DNA of 64,000 bases from Chiloscyllium plagiosum (lineage: Eukaryota). The stretch is taken from assembly GCF_004010195.1 (NCBI RefSeq), contig NC_057719.1, positions 8,455,604 to 8,519,603 of the forward strand, in the 5' to 3' direction. Every line of letters begins with the position of its first letter. Positions within the stretch are counted from its first letter, which is position 1. The position numbers and the translations under genes are program-made. Below, piece by piece: positions 1 to 12,399 of this stretch. The notes under the pieces were generated by a model. The model was not told where the DNA came from, ran no database searches, and saw nothing but the letters and a program-made list of their open reading frames with translations.

Positions 1-220
1 GAGTGGAGTGGGGATGGCCCGGAGTGGAGTGGGGATGGCCTGGAGTGGAGTGAGGATGGCCTGGAGTGGAGTGGGGGGGGGGGGGCCCGGAGTGGAGTGG
101 GTATGGATCGGAGTGGAGTGGGGATGGATCAGATTGGAGTGGGGATGGCCCGGAATGGAGTGGGGACTACCCAGAGCGGAGTGAGGATGGCCTGTGGCAG
201 AGTGGGGATGGCCAGTGACC
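1..220. repeat. G-rich ~21-22 bp minisatellite
   Basis: About 10 decaying copies of ggagtggagtggggatggcc(c/t); runs off the window start. Confidence 0.9.
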
Positions 221-299
221 CGGAGCAGGGACAACAGCCAGTGACCTGGAGGGAAGATGTCCACTAATTGGGAACTGGTGGATCTCAGTCTGATCACAT

Positions 300-770
300 G
301 GAAGCCCTTACAGAAAGTCTGTAATGTCTGTCTTTTTAGCTTTATTTTCCTAACTTAGAGTATGTATATCTGCAATGTGGTATAACTTGTTTTCTTTATT
401 TTCTCTATTTTTTTGCAATAACATTTATACCGAGGTACCTTGTACCTAAGATGGCACCCTGTGTTGGCGACAGTGTACACCTTTTCCTGTATAATCATTT
501 CTTCCAAAACGTGATGGTTGCGTTCTTACGCAACCCTGTGTTACAGAAAAATTGTGCTTTAGAAACAGCGGTTAAGTGTTGGCAATGTAATCACGTTACA
601 GCCACAACATGCTTTAAAAGTTCATACTTTAGAAGCAGCATCCCCAATTCATCAATCACGTTATAGCGAATTTGTGTTCACGAAACATGCGTTCTGGCAG
701 AATGACCTGTATTGCTATTGTTCTGTAACTTGAGTACATGGGACAATAAAGCTCATTCTAATTCTAATTC
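300..770 (+). mobile_element. 3' end of an unassigned non-LTR retroelement-like repeat (interrupted by a MITE)
   Basis: ...gtacctaagatgg...ttgagtacatg.gacaataaa then attcta repeats; homologous copies at ~44954-45215 and ~53375-53550. Confidence 0.6.
492..709. mobile_element. Tc1/mariner-pogo (Tigger-like) MITE
   Basis: ~220 bp ending gcagaatgacctg, TA on both sides (490-491, 710-711), interrupts the preceding repeat; related copies at 36864-37092 and 57279-57497. Confidence 0.65.
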
Positions 771-1984
771 ATGAGAATTACATATCCTAATGTTTTGTAG
801 CCCCAGTGAGGAGCTGGAATGAATTAAGGGGAGAACATGCAGCACCAGCTTATCCCTGGTGCTCTGGCTGCGCAGCATGGCTGATCTGAGCTCCCTTGTT
901 CCCCTCTGTCTAGTTTTGCGCTCAGCTCAGAACTGCACAAAATCAAAGAAGTTACTTCCAAATTGAGAAAAAAAAAACCCTGCATTTACTTTAGGTCGAA
1001 TTATGCTGGGTTGGGGAGTAAATTAATATTCTAAAATGAACTTATTTATAATTGAGGCAAATGAGGCATAATTGGCCTAATTTATTAATCTCTCACCCAT
1101 ACATATCAATATTAATTACGTGTGGCTTTGCTCTGCATGTGGCACTGATTTATGGCATCAAAGGAGAATTGTTTCGGAGTACTTAGCATACTTTGGCCAT
1201 GATTTGCACTGATTCCCATCTAATCCTGCATTAGAAGCAGGATGTATGCATTAATACCCAAGGAGATAATCAGCTATTAAATCAATGAGAAAAAAAACCA
1301 GGACAGCATGAGATAAACCCTGTTACTGCATTGACATTTTTTTTTGTCATGTTAAGTATGACTTTATTAAGGTTTCATTTAACTTGCATTGAAATTCTTT
1401 AGGCTTTATGAATTTGGGTTCATAAAGTTGAGGGAAAGGCAAAATCTGCCTTAAGACTTGAGTTTCCTTATAACACTGTTTACTATATATTAATACAGAA
1501 TACATCTATACATGGTATTACCAGGCTCAAATCTTACTGTTACATTACGGAAAAATTATTCCATAAACTCTCCTGCCTCACACTAATCAATCGACTCCAC
1601 ATGCTTCCTTGCATTTATTTCTAACATCTGTAGGGCTAGATTTCAGGCTTCTCTTTCTCACCATGTGATTATCACTCCTTTTCCTAACTCCGCCCACATT
1701 TTATTATTTACACCCAGTGGTGAGCAGCTCTGTGACATCATTGCAAAGATGTTCGAGGGTCCTACAGTTCTTATGTGGCAAGAACTCACCACTGATCTTC
1801 CCTTCAGGTTCAGGTACATTCTATTCGGCCCATTTAGACTGTGTCGGTGATTTTCTTTAACTGTCTGTTGTGTAACCTCACTCTTGTCATGCATTGTGCC
1901 TCTCTTTGGCAAGTGACAAATTCTTTTTCCTGGAGTGAAAGAAATAATGAACTCTGCTTTAGTATTAGATTTTGCGATATTGAA

Positions 1985-2170
1985 TAAGAAGGAAGAAGAA
2001 CCTTGCATTTCTATCACACCTCAAAGTGTCCAAAAATGCTTCTACAGCCAAAGATGACCTTTTGAAGCTTACTCACTATTGACCTTCAGGAAATTCAGCA
2101 GCCATTTTGTTTACAAGCTTCCACAGGCTGCAATGTGACGATAGACTTGGCCAGGTCACATCAGATCAGT
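1985..2170 (-). mobile_element. Old Deu-domain-type SINE fragment (SacSINE1/AmnSINE-like)
   Basis: Degenerate match from memory to ...ttggctgc...cattacaacagtgactacacttcaaaag...ctatataaatgcaag; related pieces at ~15770-15815+16320-16500, ~32315-32630, ~58135-58260. Confidence 0.5.
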
Positions 2171-3110
2171 CATAGAGTCAGAGAGATGTACAGCATGGAA
2201 ACAGACCCTTCGGTCCAACCCATCCGTGCCGACCAGACATCCCAACCCAAGCTAGTCCCACCTGTCAGCACCAGGCCCATATCCCTCCAAACCCTTCCTA
2301 TTCATATACCCATCCAAATGTCTCTTAAATGTTGCAATTGTACCAACCACCACCACTTCCTCTGGCAGTTCATTCCATACCTATACCACCATCTGTGTGA
2401 AAAAGCTGACTCTTAGGTCTCTTTTATATCTTTCCCCTCTCACCCTAAACCTATGCCCTCTAGTTCTGGACTCCCCAACCCCAGGGAAAAGACTTTGCCT
2501 ATTTACCCTATCCATGCCCCAACAGTGTCCGAACCAATGTCCTGTACAGCCACAACATGAATTCCCAACTCCTGTACTCAATACTCTGGCCAATAAAGGA
2601 AAGAATACCACACACCTTCTTCACTATCCTATCTACCTGTGACTCTACTTTCAACGAGCGATGAACCTGCACTCCAAGATCTCTTTGTTCAGCAACACTC
2701 CCTAGGACCTTACCATTAAGTGTATAAGTCCTGCTGAGATTTGCTTTCCCAAAATGCAGCACCTCGCATTTATCTGAATTAAACTCCATCTGCCATTTCT
2801 CAGCCCATTGGCTCGTCTGGTCAAGATCCTGTTGTAACCTGACGTAACCTTCTTCACTGTCCACTACACCTCCAATTTTGGTGTCATCTGCAAACTTACT
2901 AACTGTACCTCTTATGCTCGCATCCAAATCATTTATATAAATGACAAAAAGTAGAGGGCCCAGCACCAATCCTTGTGGCACTCCACTGGTCACAGGCCTC
3001 CAGTCTGAAAAACAACCCTCCACCACCACCCTCTGTCTTCTACCTTTGAGCCAGTTCTGTATCCAAATGGCTCGTTCTCCTTGTATTCCATGAGATCTAA
3101 CCTTATTAGT
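2171..3110 (-). mobile_element. CR1-clade (HER1-like) LINE, 5'-truncated, RT fragment with internal deletion
   Basis: ORF 2508-3230 contains GVPQGLVLGPLLFVIYINDLD...SKFADDTKIGG...WAEKWQMEFN; 3' tail ctctatgac repeats at ~2171. Confidence 0.92.
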
Positions 3111-3118
3111 CAAATCAG

Positions 3119-3425
3119 CCTCAGGGTCCTGGGTTCGATTCCAGTCTCGAGTGACTGTGCAGACTTTGCACATTCTCCTCATGTCTGTGTGGGTTTCCTT
3201 CGGGTGCTGCAGTTTCTTCCCACATTCCAAAGATGTGCAGGTTAGTGAGGATTGGCCATATTGCTAAATTGCCCATAGTGTTCAGGGATGTGTAGGCTAG
3301 GTGGGTTGGCATGGGAAATGCAGGGTTACGGGTATAGGGTGGGTCTGAGTGTGTTGCATTTCAGAGGATTGTGTGGATTTGATGGGCCGAATGGCCTCCT
3401 TCCACACTGTAGGGATTCTATGATA
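3119..3425 (+). mobile_element. HE1-type (V-SINE) tRNA-derived SINE, 5'-truncated
   Basis: B-box ggttcgattcc, core tttgcacattctcc...gggtttcct...ccaaagatgtgcagg, CR1-like tail gggccgaatggcct...gattctatga. Confidence 0.85.
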
Positions 3426-3680
3426 ATTCAGAAGTAAGATACATCACAATAGATGTGGGAAATACTCCACAGGTTTAGAAGCATCTGTAGAGAAAGAGTT
3501 CACATTTCAGGACAATGGCCTTTTAACACAATTGAGGATTACTCCTCTGTTCTTCAGATAGCACGAATAGTACTTACGTTTACCTGAGAGCATTGAAGAG
3601 GTATTGGCTTAACATTTCATCCTAAGGACAGATAACATTAGTAAATAGGTAAAACAAATGGTTATGTGGTAGTACAGAAC

Positions 3681-3883
3681 TTGAGTATTGCTGAAAAAGG
3701 ACACATTTTATCAAAGCTTTTTTTATCTTGCACTTAACAGGATATTCTGCAAGAGTATAAATGCAAAGGGTTAAACCAACATTATTGGTGTAGTTTTTGC
3801 CTTGAATTTTTATTCTTGTGAAATGTCCTGATGAGTGCAAGATGAAAAACTTTTGACAAAATCTTTTCTTCAGCAATACTCAA
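3681..3883. mobile_element. Palindromic element carrying a hammerhead-like motif (family E)
   Basis: Termini ttgagtattgctgaa / ttcagcaatactcaa; imperfect inverted arms ~70 bp; related copies at ~23990-24050 and ~33915-33975. Confidence 0.7.
3824..3858 (+). ncRNA. Minimal type-I hammerhead ribozyme-like motif (family E, degenerate)
   Basis: UGUC-CUGAUGA-GUGCAAGAU-GAAA-AACUUUU-GACA; stem I UGUC/GACA; the sister copy at 24005-24034 has GAAAAGCUUC with palindromic AAGCUU. Confidence 0.5.
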
Positions 3884-4069
3884 ATTGGTTAAAGGCAATA
3901 ATAATGTTCACTTTCTTCTGTACCAGAGCAACACATAATTAAGATGGACCTTTGTTCATATAACACATACGTTTTTAAACTATATTCGCTATCTGCACTC
4001 ATTGGTGTTAGATACCACCAGGATTTGACAATCTCTTCACCCATTTCTGAAATTATATGCAAGAGTACA

Positions 4070-4672
4070 TTGAGTTTTGAAATTAGGAGAACATGTTGCG
4101 GCTGTACAGGACATTGGTTAGGCCACCTTTGGAATACTGTATGTAATTCTGGTCTCTGTGGCATAGGAAGGATGTTGTGAAATTTGAAAGGGTTGAGAAA
4201 ACATTTACAAGGATGTTGTCAGGATTGGAGGGTTTGAGCTTAGGGAGAGGCTGAATAGGCTGGGACTGTTTTCTCTGGAAGCTGAGGGGTCACTTTACAG
4301 AGATTTATTAAATCATGAGAAGCATGGATAGGGTGAATAGACAAGGTCTTTACCCCAGGTGGGGGACGAGGGGGTGTCTAAAACAAGAGGGCATTGGTTT
4401 AAAGTGGGAGGGGAAAGATTTAAAAGGGGCCTAAGAGTCAATATTTTCACTCAGGGAGTAGTGCGTGCATGGATGAGCTGCCAAAGGAAGTGGTGAAGGC
4501 TGGTACAATTACAGCACGTAAAAGGCATCTGGATGGGTATACGAACAGAAAGGGTTTAGCGGAATATGAGCCAAGTGCTGGCAGATGGGACTAGATTATT
4601 TTAGGATATATGGTCAGCATGGATAAGTTGGATCAAAGGGTCTGTTTCCATGCTGTACATCTCTATGATTCT
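4070..4672 (+). mobile_element. CR1/HER1-like LINE 3' fragment
   Basis: Degenerate C-terminal ORF2 (LVRP.LEY..FWS...RLNRLGLFSLE) and tail ctgtacatctctatgattcta. Confidence 0.85.
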
Positions 4673-5544
4673 ACTTAGACAACTAAACATAGATAATAAA
4701 TGATAGCAATTCCAGAAAAATATTTTTAAAAATGCACAATATGCATATTTTAAGAAACCAAAGGAACAAAATGAATACTTCATTTTTTAAAAAAAAAGTC
4801 ATTCTATCCTTTTAGGATTTTTAATAAATCATTTAACTTATTTGATTTTGAAGGATGAGGGAACACATATTCTGCAGTCTGTTTCTCCTCGTGATGATTT
4901 CTATATGGTTGGGGATATATACAGTCCGGGGCTCCACAGGGGACTCATTGATACATGTCTTGGATATTGTGTCACCATGGAAACTGGGCCAAGCCACAGG
5001 CAGCTGCAAACTTGCATTAAGGTCATTTTCTTGTGCTAGCATTGAGCGATAGGGACAGAGTAACTTGGAAATCGAGAATCACTGGAAGATTATATTGGCT
5101 AAATGCAAGAGAGGCTGCTTTCATATGCACAAAGAGTTCGGTGTTTGAAGTGGTTAAATCTCTTTCATGGTGATGGCTGTGCATTTATGAGAAGGACTCA
5201 TTTAATATCTTTGCCATTTTATAAGATCAGTCTGCATAAAAATTTCCTTTTACAATGGCAACTGACCCAAACCGCTCCTATTCTTAGACTTTTAATTATG
5301 TTAATCACACTGCTCGGGTGTGTTATGATATACCTCCAGGGCTGGACCGACTTGAACCAGGCCCTATGTTCTTAGATTTTTGCATGTTAAAAATCCTGTA
5401 AGAATGATAAGTTTTTAACAGCCTAATTTTAGAATCTTGTGGCACAATGGTAGTGTCCCTACTTTGGGGCCAGAAGGTCTTCATTCAAGTCTAACCAGCT
5501 TCAAGGGTATGACATAACATGCCTGAAGAGGTTTATTCTTGCTA

Positions 5545-6245
5545 AGATTCTTGGTAGTGTAGATGAGCAGAGAGATCTCGGTGTCCATGTACATAGATCC
5601 CTGAAAGTTGCCACCCAGGTTGATATGATTGTTAAGAAGGTGGACAGCGTGTTTGCTTTTATCAGTAGGGGGATTGCGTTTCGGAGCCATGAGGTCATGT
5701 TACTGCTGTACAAAACGCTGTTTTGTGTACAGTTCTGGTCACTGCATTATAGGAAGGATGTGGAAGCTTTGGAAAGGGTGCAGAGGAGATTAACCAGGAT
5801 GTTGCCTGGTACGGAGGGAATGTCTTATGAGGAAAGGCTAAGGGATTTGAGGCTGTTTTCATTAGTGAGAAGTTAAGAGGTGATTTAATAGAGGCATACA
5901 AGATGATCAGATGATTAGATAGGGTGGGCAGTGAGACCATTTTTCCTAGGATGATGACATCTCCTTGTATGAGGGGGGCATAGCTGCAAATTGAGGAGTG
6001 ATAGATTTAAGATGGATGTCAGAGGCAGGTTTTTTACTTAGAGAGTGGTAAGGGCATGGAATGCCCTGCCTGCCAATCTAGTTAATTCAGCCACATTAGG
6101 GGCATTTAAACAGTCCTTGGATAAGCACATGGATGATGATGGGATAGTGTAGGGGGATAGGCTTAGATTAGTTCACAGGTCGGCACAGCATCAAGGAATG
6201 AAGGGTCTGTTCTGCGCTGTATTGTTCTATGTTCTATGTTCTAAT
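5545..6245 (+). mobile_element. CR1-clade LINE 3' fragment (ttctatg-tail subfamily)
   Basis: RDLGVHVHRSLK...VQFWSLHYRKDVEALERVQRRLTRMLPG; tail ttctatgttctatgttcta. Confidence 0.85.
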
Positions 6246-6279
6246 CGCAGTCTAGGAAGATTTAATTGAACTTTATTGT

Positions 6280-6600
6280 GGTAGGGAGTTATAGCATTTC
6301 TAGTCAATGTTGGGGAAGTTAAATTCCTCCATAATGACCACCCTGTTCCTTTCACTCCTACCCAGAAATGATTTGCCGATCCTCTCCTCCACATCCCTGG
6401 AACTTTGCGGAGGCCTATAAAAAACTCCCAGCAGTGTGGCCTCTCTTCTCTTGTTCCTAACCTCAGTAGGCGAGAGCTCGTCAAAAGTTCTTTCAGCCAC
6501 CATTATACTGTCCTTGACTAACAAAGCCCCACCTCCCCCTCTTTTACCACCTTCCTTGATCTTGGTGTAACATCTAAACACTGGAACCTGTAATATCCAT
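6280..6600 (-). mobile_element. CR1 ORF2 AP-endonuclease fragment
   Basis: REGGKRGGG-like and LLGVFYRPP...VVIMEEFNFPNID segments in minus-strand ORF 6300-6608. Confidence 0.8.
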
Positions 6601-8112
6601 TGAAGCATTGTTGTTGGGTAAGAGAGTCAAAAGATATGAAATTAGTCCCATTACTCCAGGAAACTGAACCATTCCCTCCTAGACCATCTTTCTTGCCTCC
6701 TGGTTAGTGTTCTTGACTTGCAAGACTATTTCTTGAGTAACACCATAAAAAATAGGAACAGGATTAGGCCATTCAGCCCCTCGAGCCTGCTCCGCCATCC
6801 AATAGGATCATAGCTGAACCGACATTCCTCATCTCCACTTTCCTGCCCTTTACCCATAATCCTTTATTCCCGGACTGATCAAAGACTCTACCTCAGCCTT
6901 AAACATATTCTGCCCTCTCACTCCCTGTGGCAAGGAGTTCCAAAGACTCACAACCCTCTGAGGGAAGAAACACTCACCTCAGTCTTATATTACTGCCCCT
7001 TTATTGTGAGATGATGGCAAAGGGGAAATCAGGGAAGTAACTTAGTTAAGGAGGTAGATGTTAATCACTGAATCATACCATACAACATTTGGTTGCATGT
7101 TGGTTGCACTTTCAGCACTCTTAGCACAGTTTCAGATCCAAAATGGTGCTCATGCCATAGGTGCATGCCTCTTGTGTGAGTTGTTCTGAACACACTTTCC
7201 TTGGTTATTGGTCCAGTTGCTGACAATCCAAGTCTGAATGATGCGAGGCCTTTTACACTTGGATGTGGACTGCTTCAGTATGTGAGGAGTCGCAAACGGT
7301 GCCGAACATTGCGCAATCATTGGCACTTCTGACCTTGTGATGGAGGGAGGGTCATGGATGAAGCGGCTGAAAATGGTTGGGCCCAGGAAACTACCATGAG
7401 GATCTCGTGCGCAGATGTCCCTCTCCATACCTCGTGACCTACAGCATGAATTCAGCTCACCACCTCATTCCCCATAGCCCACACTACCACAAAACAGCAA
7501 GTGTTATTTAATGGCAGTATCAATCATTTTCAGGATGGTTTTTGGTTGAATGCTTCCACAAATGAGGAACATTAGTCATGCGGAGAGTTAGGGCCCTTTA
7601 CAGGATAAATGCTGAAAAGCTGTCTCTCCTTGTGGGAGAGTCTAGGACCAGAGGGCATTAAATCAGAATAAGGGGTCACCCAGTTAAGGCAGAAATGAGG
7701 AGAATTTATTTTTTCTCACAGACGATGGTGAATCTGTGGAGATCTTTACCACTGAAGTGGCCAAGGCTGAGTTATTACCTATACTTAAGGCTGAGATAAA
7801 CAGATTTCTAATCATTAAGGGAATCAAGGGTTGGGGGAAAATGCAGGAAAGTGGAGTTGAAGGTTATCAGCTGAGCCATGATCTCAATAAATGGCAAAGC
7901 AGACTTGATTGGCCTACTCCTGTTCCTACACCTTATGGATCTATGGATTAATTGGAGAGGCTAAGGGGTGTTCTCCTTTGGAAAGGGAAGTGAGGGTGGG
8001 GAGGTAATTCTATGAAATGTATTCAAAATCAGGAGATGTCTGGACAGAGTCGCAAGAGAGAAACTGTTCCCCACTGGGGGATGGATGGAGAATGAGAAGA
8101 CCCAAATTTAAG

Positions 8113-8303
8113 CCATGATGGAGGTGCTGGTGTTGGACTGGGATGGACAAAGTCAGAAGTCACATGACACCATCTTATGGTCCAACAGGTTTATTTGAAA
8201 TTTATTTCGAAGCAGTGCTCCTTCATCGTTTCATCTGACGAAGGAGCAGCACGCTCAAAGCTTGTGATTGCAAATAAACCTGTTGGACTACTGACTTCGT
8301 CCT
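8113..8303. mobile_element. Palindromic hammerhead-bearing element (family B) with 10-bp TSD
   Basis: Inverted arms gtccaacaggtttatttg (8180-8197) / caaataaacctgttggac (8271-8288); CUGACGA-AGGAGC...GCUC-AAAGCUU at 8235-8263; flanked by caaatttaag at 8103-8112 and 8304-8313 inside an old LINE 3' end. Confidence 0.75.
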
Positions 8304-8729
8304 CAAATTTAAGATCGCTGGTCAAAAGAGAGCACCAGAGACCTGAAGAGAAACGTTTCCGAGCTGGCGAGTAGTTGGGATCTGCAAAGTGTTCCCTGAG
8401 GGTGTGATGGAAACAGGAACAATCACACCTTTCAATTAGAAATCGGATCAATACCTGACGAGGAAACAATTGCAGGATGATGGTGGCGAAGGGTGTGGAG
8501 TGACACCAACTGAAGCTCTTCCAGACGTATGATGGCCTGAATGGCCTCCTTTGTGTTGATAACTCTCTGATTTCTACTGACTGTTACGAAGTTAGTAAGA
8601 GTGTGTGGAGACTTTTATTGCTAATTCAAGCTCTTGAAGCCTACAGGGAGAGCTGTGGTACATAGTGAAGGCCTCAGTTTTTGATGTAAAGGATCTGCTC
8701 AGATCACATTGGCTTTCAGTCCAGTGAGA

Positions 8730-9040
8730 TTAGCACTGCTGCTTCACAGCGCCAGCGACCCCGGTTCAATTCCGGCCTTGGGCGACTGTATGGCATTTGC
8801 ATATCCCCCCCATCACTGTGTGGGTTTCCTCCGAGTGCTCTAGTTTCCTCCCACAATCTAAAGATGTGTAGGTTAGGTGAATTGGCCAAACTAAATTGCT
8901 CGTAGTGTTCAGTAATGTGTAGATTAGGTGCATTAATCAGAGAGAAATGGGTCTGGGTGGGTTACTCTTTGGAGGGTCGGTGTGGACTTGTTGGGCCGAA
9001 GGGCCTGTTTCCACACTGTCGGGATTCTATGATTCTATGA
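8730..9040 (+). mobile_element. HE1-type SINE
   Basis: ttagcactgctg...ggttcaattcc...gggccgaagggcctgtttccacactg...gattctatga. Confidence 0.9.
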
Positions 9041-9549
9041 ACAATGATCTGTGTCCTTCGGTTATCTTCCCTCTTGTCAGACATGGGACTCAGGATAGTC
9101 CAGCCTCAATAGCCTGAATGGCTTTTCTTCAGCTCTGCATCCTCCTTGATCTGACAAAGTGTTGATGTAAAATGGAAAGGAATGACTTGCCAGGTGGCTG
9201 TAACAGATAGGGTCGAAGGAGTGTGACAAACAAGCATTAAGGGATTAATGGATTAAAATGAAGATCAGAGTATAGGACATGTTGTATCTAACTAAGCTTA
9301 TCACACAACCATTCACACTGTGAAAAGGTTAACATTAATGCAAATTACGTTCATGTTAATGGTCATGAGCTTTCTCAGATTTGCATTAATATCTGACTTT
9401 AAAGTGCACTTTTACAGTGACATTTAATGAGTTAGGTTGCTCCAGAAGTTTGCATTCAGTAATAATGACCAGCCGCTGTATTATTAACTCTAGAATTCTC
9501 TCCTTTGGGATTCTACATCCCTCTGTCTCAAAATCACTCCCTAAGGATA

Positions 9550-9985
9550 TCTACAGTGTGGAAGCAGACAATTCAGCCCATCAACCCTCTGAACAGCAGC
9601 CCACCCAGATTCTTCCCCCCCCCCACCCCCCATCACCCATTCCTGTAACCCTGTATTTCCCATGCTAACCCACCTAGCCTGCACATCCCACAATTTAGCA
9701 TGGCCAATCTACCCTAACCTGCATACCTTTAGACTGTGGGAGGAAACTGGAGCATCCGTATTTCCCATGCTAACCCACCTAGCCTGCACATCCCACAACA
9801 ATTTAGCATGGCCAATCTACCCTAACCTGCATACCTTTAGACTGTGGGAGGAAACTGGAGCATCCAGAAGAAACCCACGCAGGCATGGGGAGAATGTGCA
9901 GACTCCACACAGCCAGTTGGCGGATTCAAACCTGGGTGCCTGGCACCGTGAGGCAGCAGTGCTAACCATCGCGCCACCGTGCCAC
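9550..9985 (-). mobile_element. HE1-type SINE with internal tandem duplication
   Basis: Reverse-complement HE1 motifs; 9653-9757 repeated at 9758-9865. Confidence 0.88.
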
Positions 9986-10438
9986 ATCTTCATGCTGCTC
10001 AGGATCACATTTTGTCTGACTACTGCATGAATTAAAGGAGAAGGAGATAGAAACTGAGGCATAGAAAAGGGTGTGCCCATTAGATATTTTCAAAGCTCTA
10101 TGGAAGTTTCATTAACCATGCATAACTGCCCCTGAGCAGTTGATAGTGAGCTGCCTTCTTCAATACTACAGAGCAACTTGCTCCAACATTTCGGACAGCA
10201 GTTGCGAGTCAATCACATTGCTGTGGGTCTGGAGTCTCATTTAGGCCAGACCAGGTGAGGATGGTAGAATCCCTTCCCTAGAAACAGATGGACATAGAAC
10301 ATAGAAAATTCAGTATAGAACAGGCAATGCAGCCCACGATGTTGTGCCAAGGATTAATCCTAATCTAAACGAAAATAACCTAACCTACGCACCCCTCAAT
10401 TCACTGCTGTCCATGTGCATGCCCAGCAGTCACTTAAG

Positions 10439-10846
10439 GAGGTAAAAACAATGACTGCAGATGCTGGAAACCAGATTCTGGATTAGTGGTGCTGGAAGAG
10501 CACAGCAATTCAGGCAGCATCCGAGGAGCTTCGAAATCGACGACTGGGCACCTCCTAGCAGAGCGCTTCAGGGAACATCTCCGAGACACCCGCACCAATC
10601 AAACACACCGCCCCGTGGCTCAACATTTCAACTCCCCCTCCCACTCTGCCGAGGATATGGAGGTGCTGGGCCTCCTTCACCTCCGCTCCCTCACCACTAG
10701 ACGCATGGAAGAAGAACCCTCTAGCTTATCTCTCCACGCTTCAGGCTCTCTGCCTTTATTCCTGATGAAGGGCTTTTGCCCGAAACGTCGATTTCGAAGC
10801 TCCTCGGATGCTGCCTGAACTGCTGTGCTCTTCCAGCACCACTGAT
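10439..10846 (+). mobile_element. Penelope-like element remnant (family A): inverted pLTR piece + GIY-YIG C-terminal fragment + pLTR
   Basis: LAERFREHLRDTRTNQTHRPVAQHFNSPSHSAEDMEVLGLLH...TRRMEEE (R..EH and E motifs of PLE GIY-YIG nucleases); 10480-10542 inverted relative to 10786-10850; 16-bp direct repeat ccagcagtcacttaag at 10423-10438 and 10847-10862 inside a CR1 3' end. Confidence 0.85.
10758..10793 (+). ncRNA. Minimal type-I hammerhead ribozyme (family A, intact core)
   Basis: AUUC-CUGAUGA-A-GGGC(UUUU)GCCC-GAAAC-GUC-GAUU; predicted cleavage after 10789; stem III reduced to palindrome ACGU. Confidence 0.75.
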
Positions 10847-12399
10847 CCAGCAGTCACTTAAGTCTACCAAATGGCTCTGCTTCCACCACCACCGCTGGCA
10901 GCACGTTCCATGCATTCACAACTCTCTGCGTAAGAGTTTTATAACCATTGAATAAATGCCTGTTTCTACACTGTAAGGATTCTTCTATTCTCCCACTTGA
11001 TAGTTTTGTAGCTAGCTGTCTGTTCAAGAAATGTCTTAATTGATTAAATTTAACTTTTGCCTGTTCATGTTTATCATGAGGCACGTTATAAGTTCAAAAG
11101 ATCACAAAGCCTGGGTGAGTTAATGCACGAGGAGCTCGATCTTACTGTCAAAATCTGGGTTCGAATTTAATTGTGATAGGATGCAATAAATCTGTCCTCA
11201 TCCTGCTGAGAGCTAGGGATTTTCTGGGTTTGAGATTCTTTCTGTCCTAATGCCAATGGGTAAGAGTTCTCTCAGAGAGAGGCCAGCATGGCTTATGTGG
11301 GAGTAGCAAATATATCAATGTATATTGATGGAGTGGAAGACAGTCTTCTGTATGGAGGAATAGTTTATGGTGAGTATATCACAGAGAATGGGGAATCTCT
11401 GCCTCATTTAAGGGGGTGCGGGGAATAGGTTACAGACATTTCACTCAGCACACAACCATTGCTGGAAAAGCACAGACGGTTAGACACCATCAGAGGAGCA
11501 GGCAAGTCACCATTTTGGCCCAAAATCCTTTTTCAGTCCTGAAGCATTGACTTTCCTGTTCCTCAGATGCTGTCTGACCTGCTGTGCTCTTCCAGCTTCA
11601 CATCTATTAACCTAGGCTTCCAGCATCTGCAGTCCTCACTGTGTCCTGCAACTGCTGCTGGCCTAGGAATGCTTTAACTGATTTACCATTGGAGAGAGGG
11701 TCTGTTCCTTGGAAGAAACTTTGCTCACTTTCATGAGCAGGGAAAGGGGATTCAGCATAAAGAAATTTCCAGGCAAAGAAAGATCAAGCTGTGTTGAGTT
11801 TGCCTCCCACCATTCTCATCATCCCTGTGATGAAAGGTACAAACTCTTTTATATTTCAGTTTTGGATTTGAGACGTATAAGTGGGACCATCGAATCCCTA
11901 CAATGTGGAAGCAGGCCACACTTGATTCCACACTGGCCCTCTGAAGAGCATCCCACCCCCTCCCTGTAACCCTGCAGTTCCCAAGTCTACACCACCTAGC
12001 CTGCACATTCCTGGATACTACAGACAATTTAGCATAGCCAATCTATCTAACCTGCACACCTTTGGACTGTGGGGACGAACTAGGACACCCAGAGGAAACC
12101 CAGACAGACATGGGGAGAACGTGCAAACTCCACACAGACAGGCACCCAAGGGTGGAATTGTACCTGGTGCTATGAGACACCATGCCACCCCATCATCAGC
12201 TCGTTATTTGCAACTTTTGCTGTTTTCTTTCTTTCTGGGCATTGCAGACCGCAGTTGTTAGATAATGAGAATGCATACATCAATGATATGATTATATGTG
12301 ATAAATATAAATCCCTTCAGTTATGAGAGAGAGTCCTGTCAGACTTAAAGCATTAAATCTGTATCTTTCAACTCTCCACAAATGCTGCCAAACTTGGAA

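Noticed and set aside
1..220. CRISPR-like array
   Set aside because: Contiguous repeats with no unique spacers, in eukaryotic DNA.
2508..3230. 240-aa ORF as a host gene
   Set aside because: Chance fusion of antisense HE1 sequence to a CR1 RT fragment.
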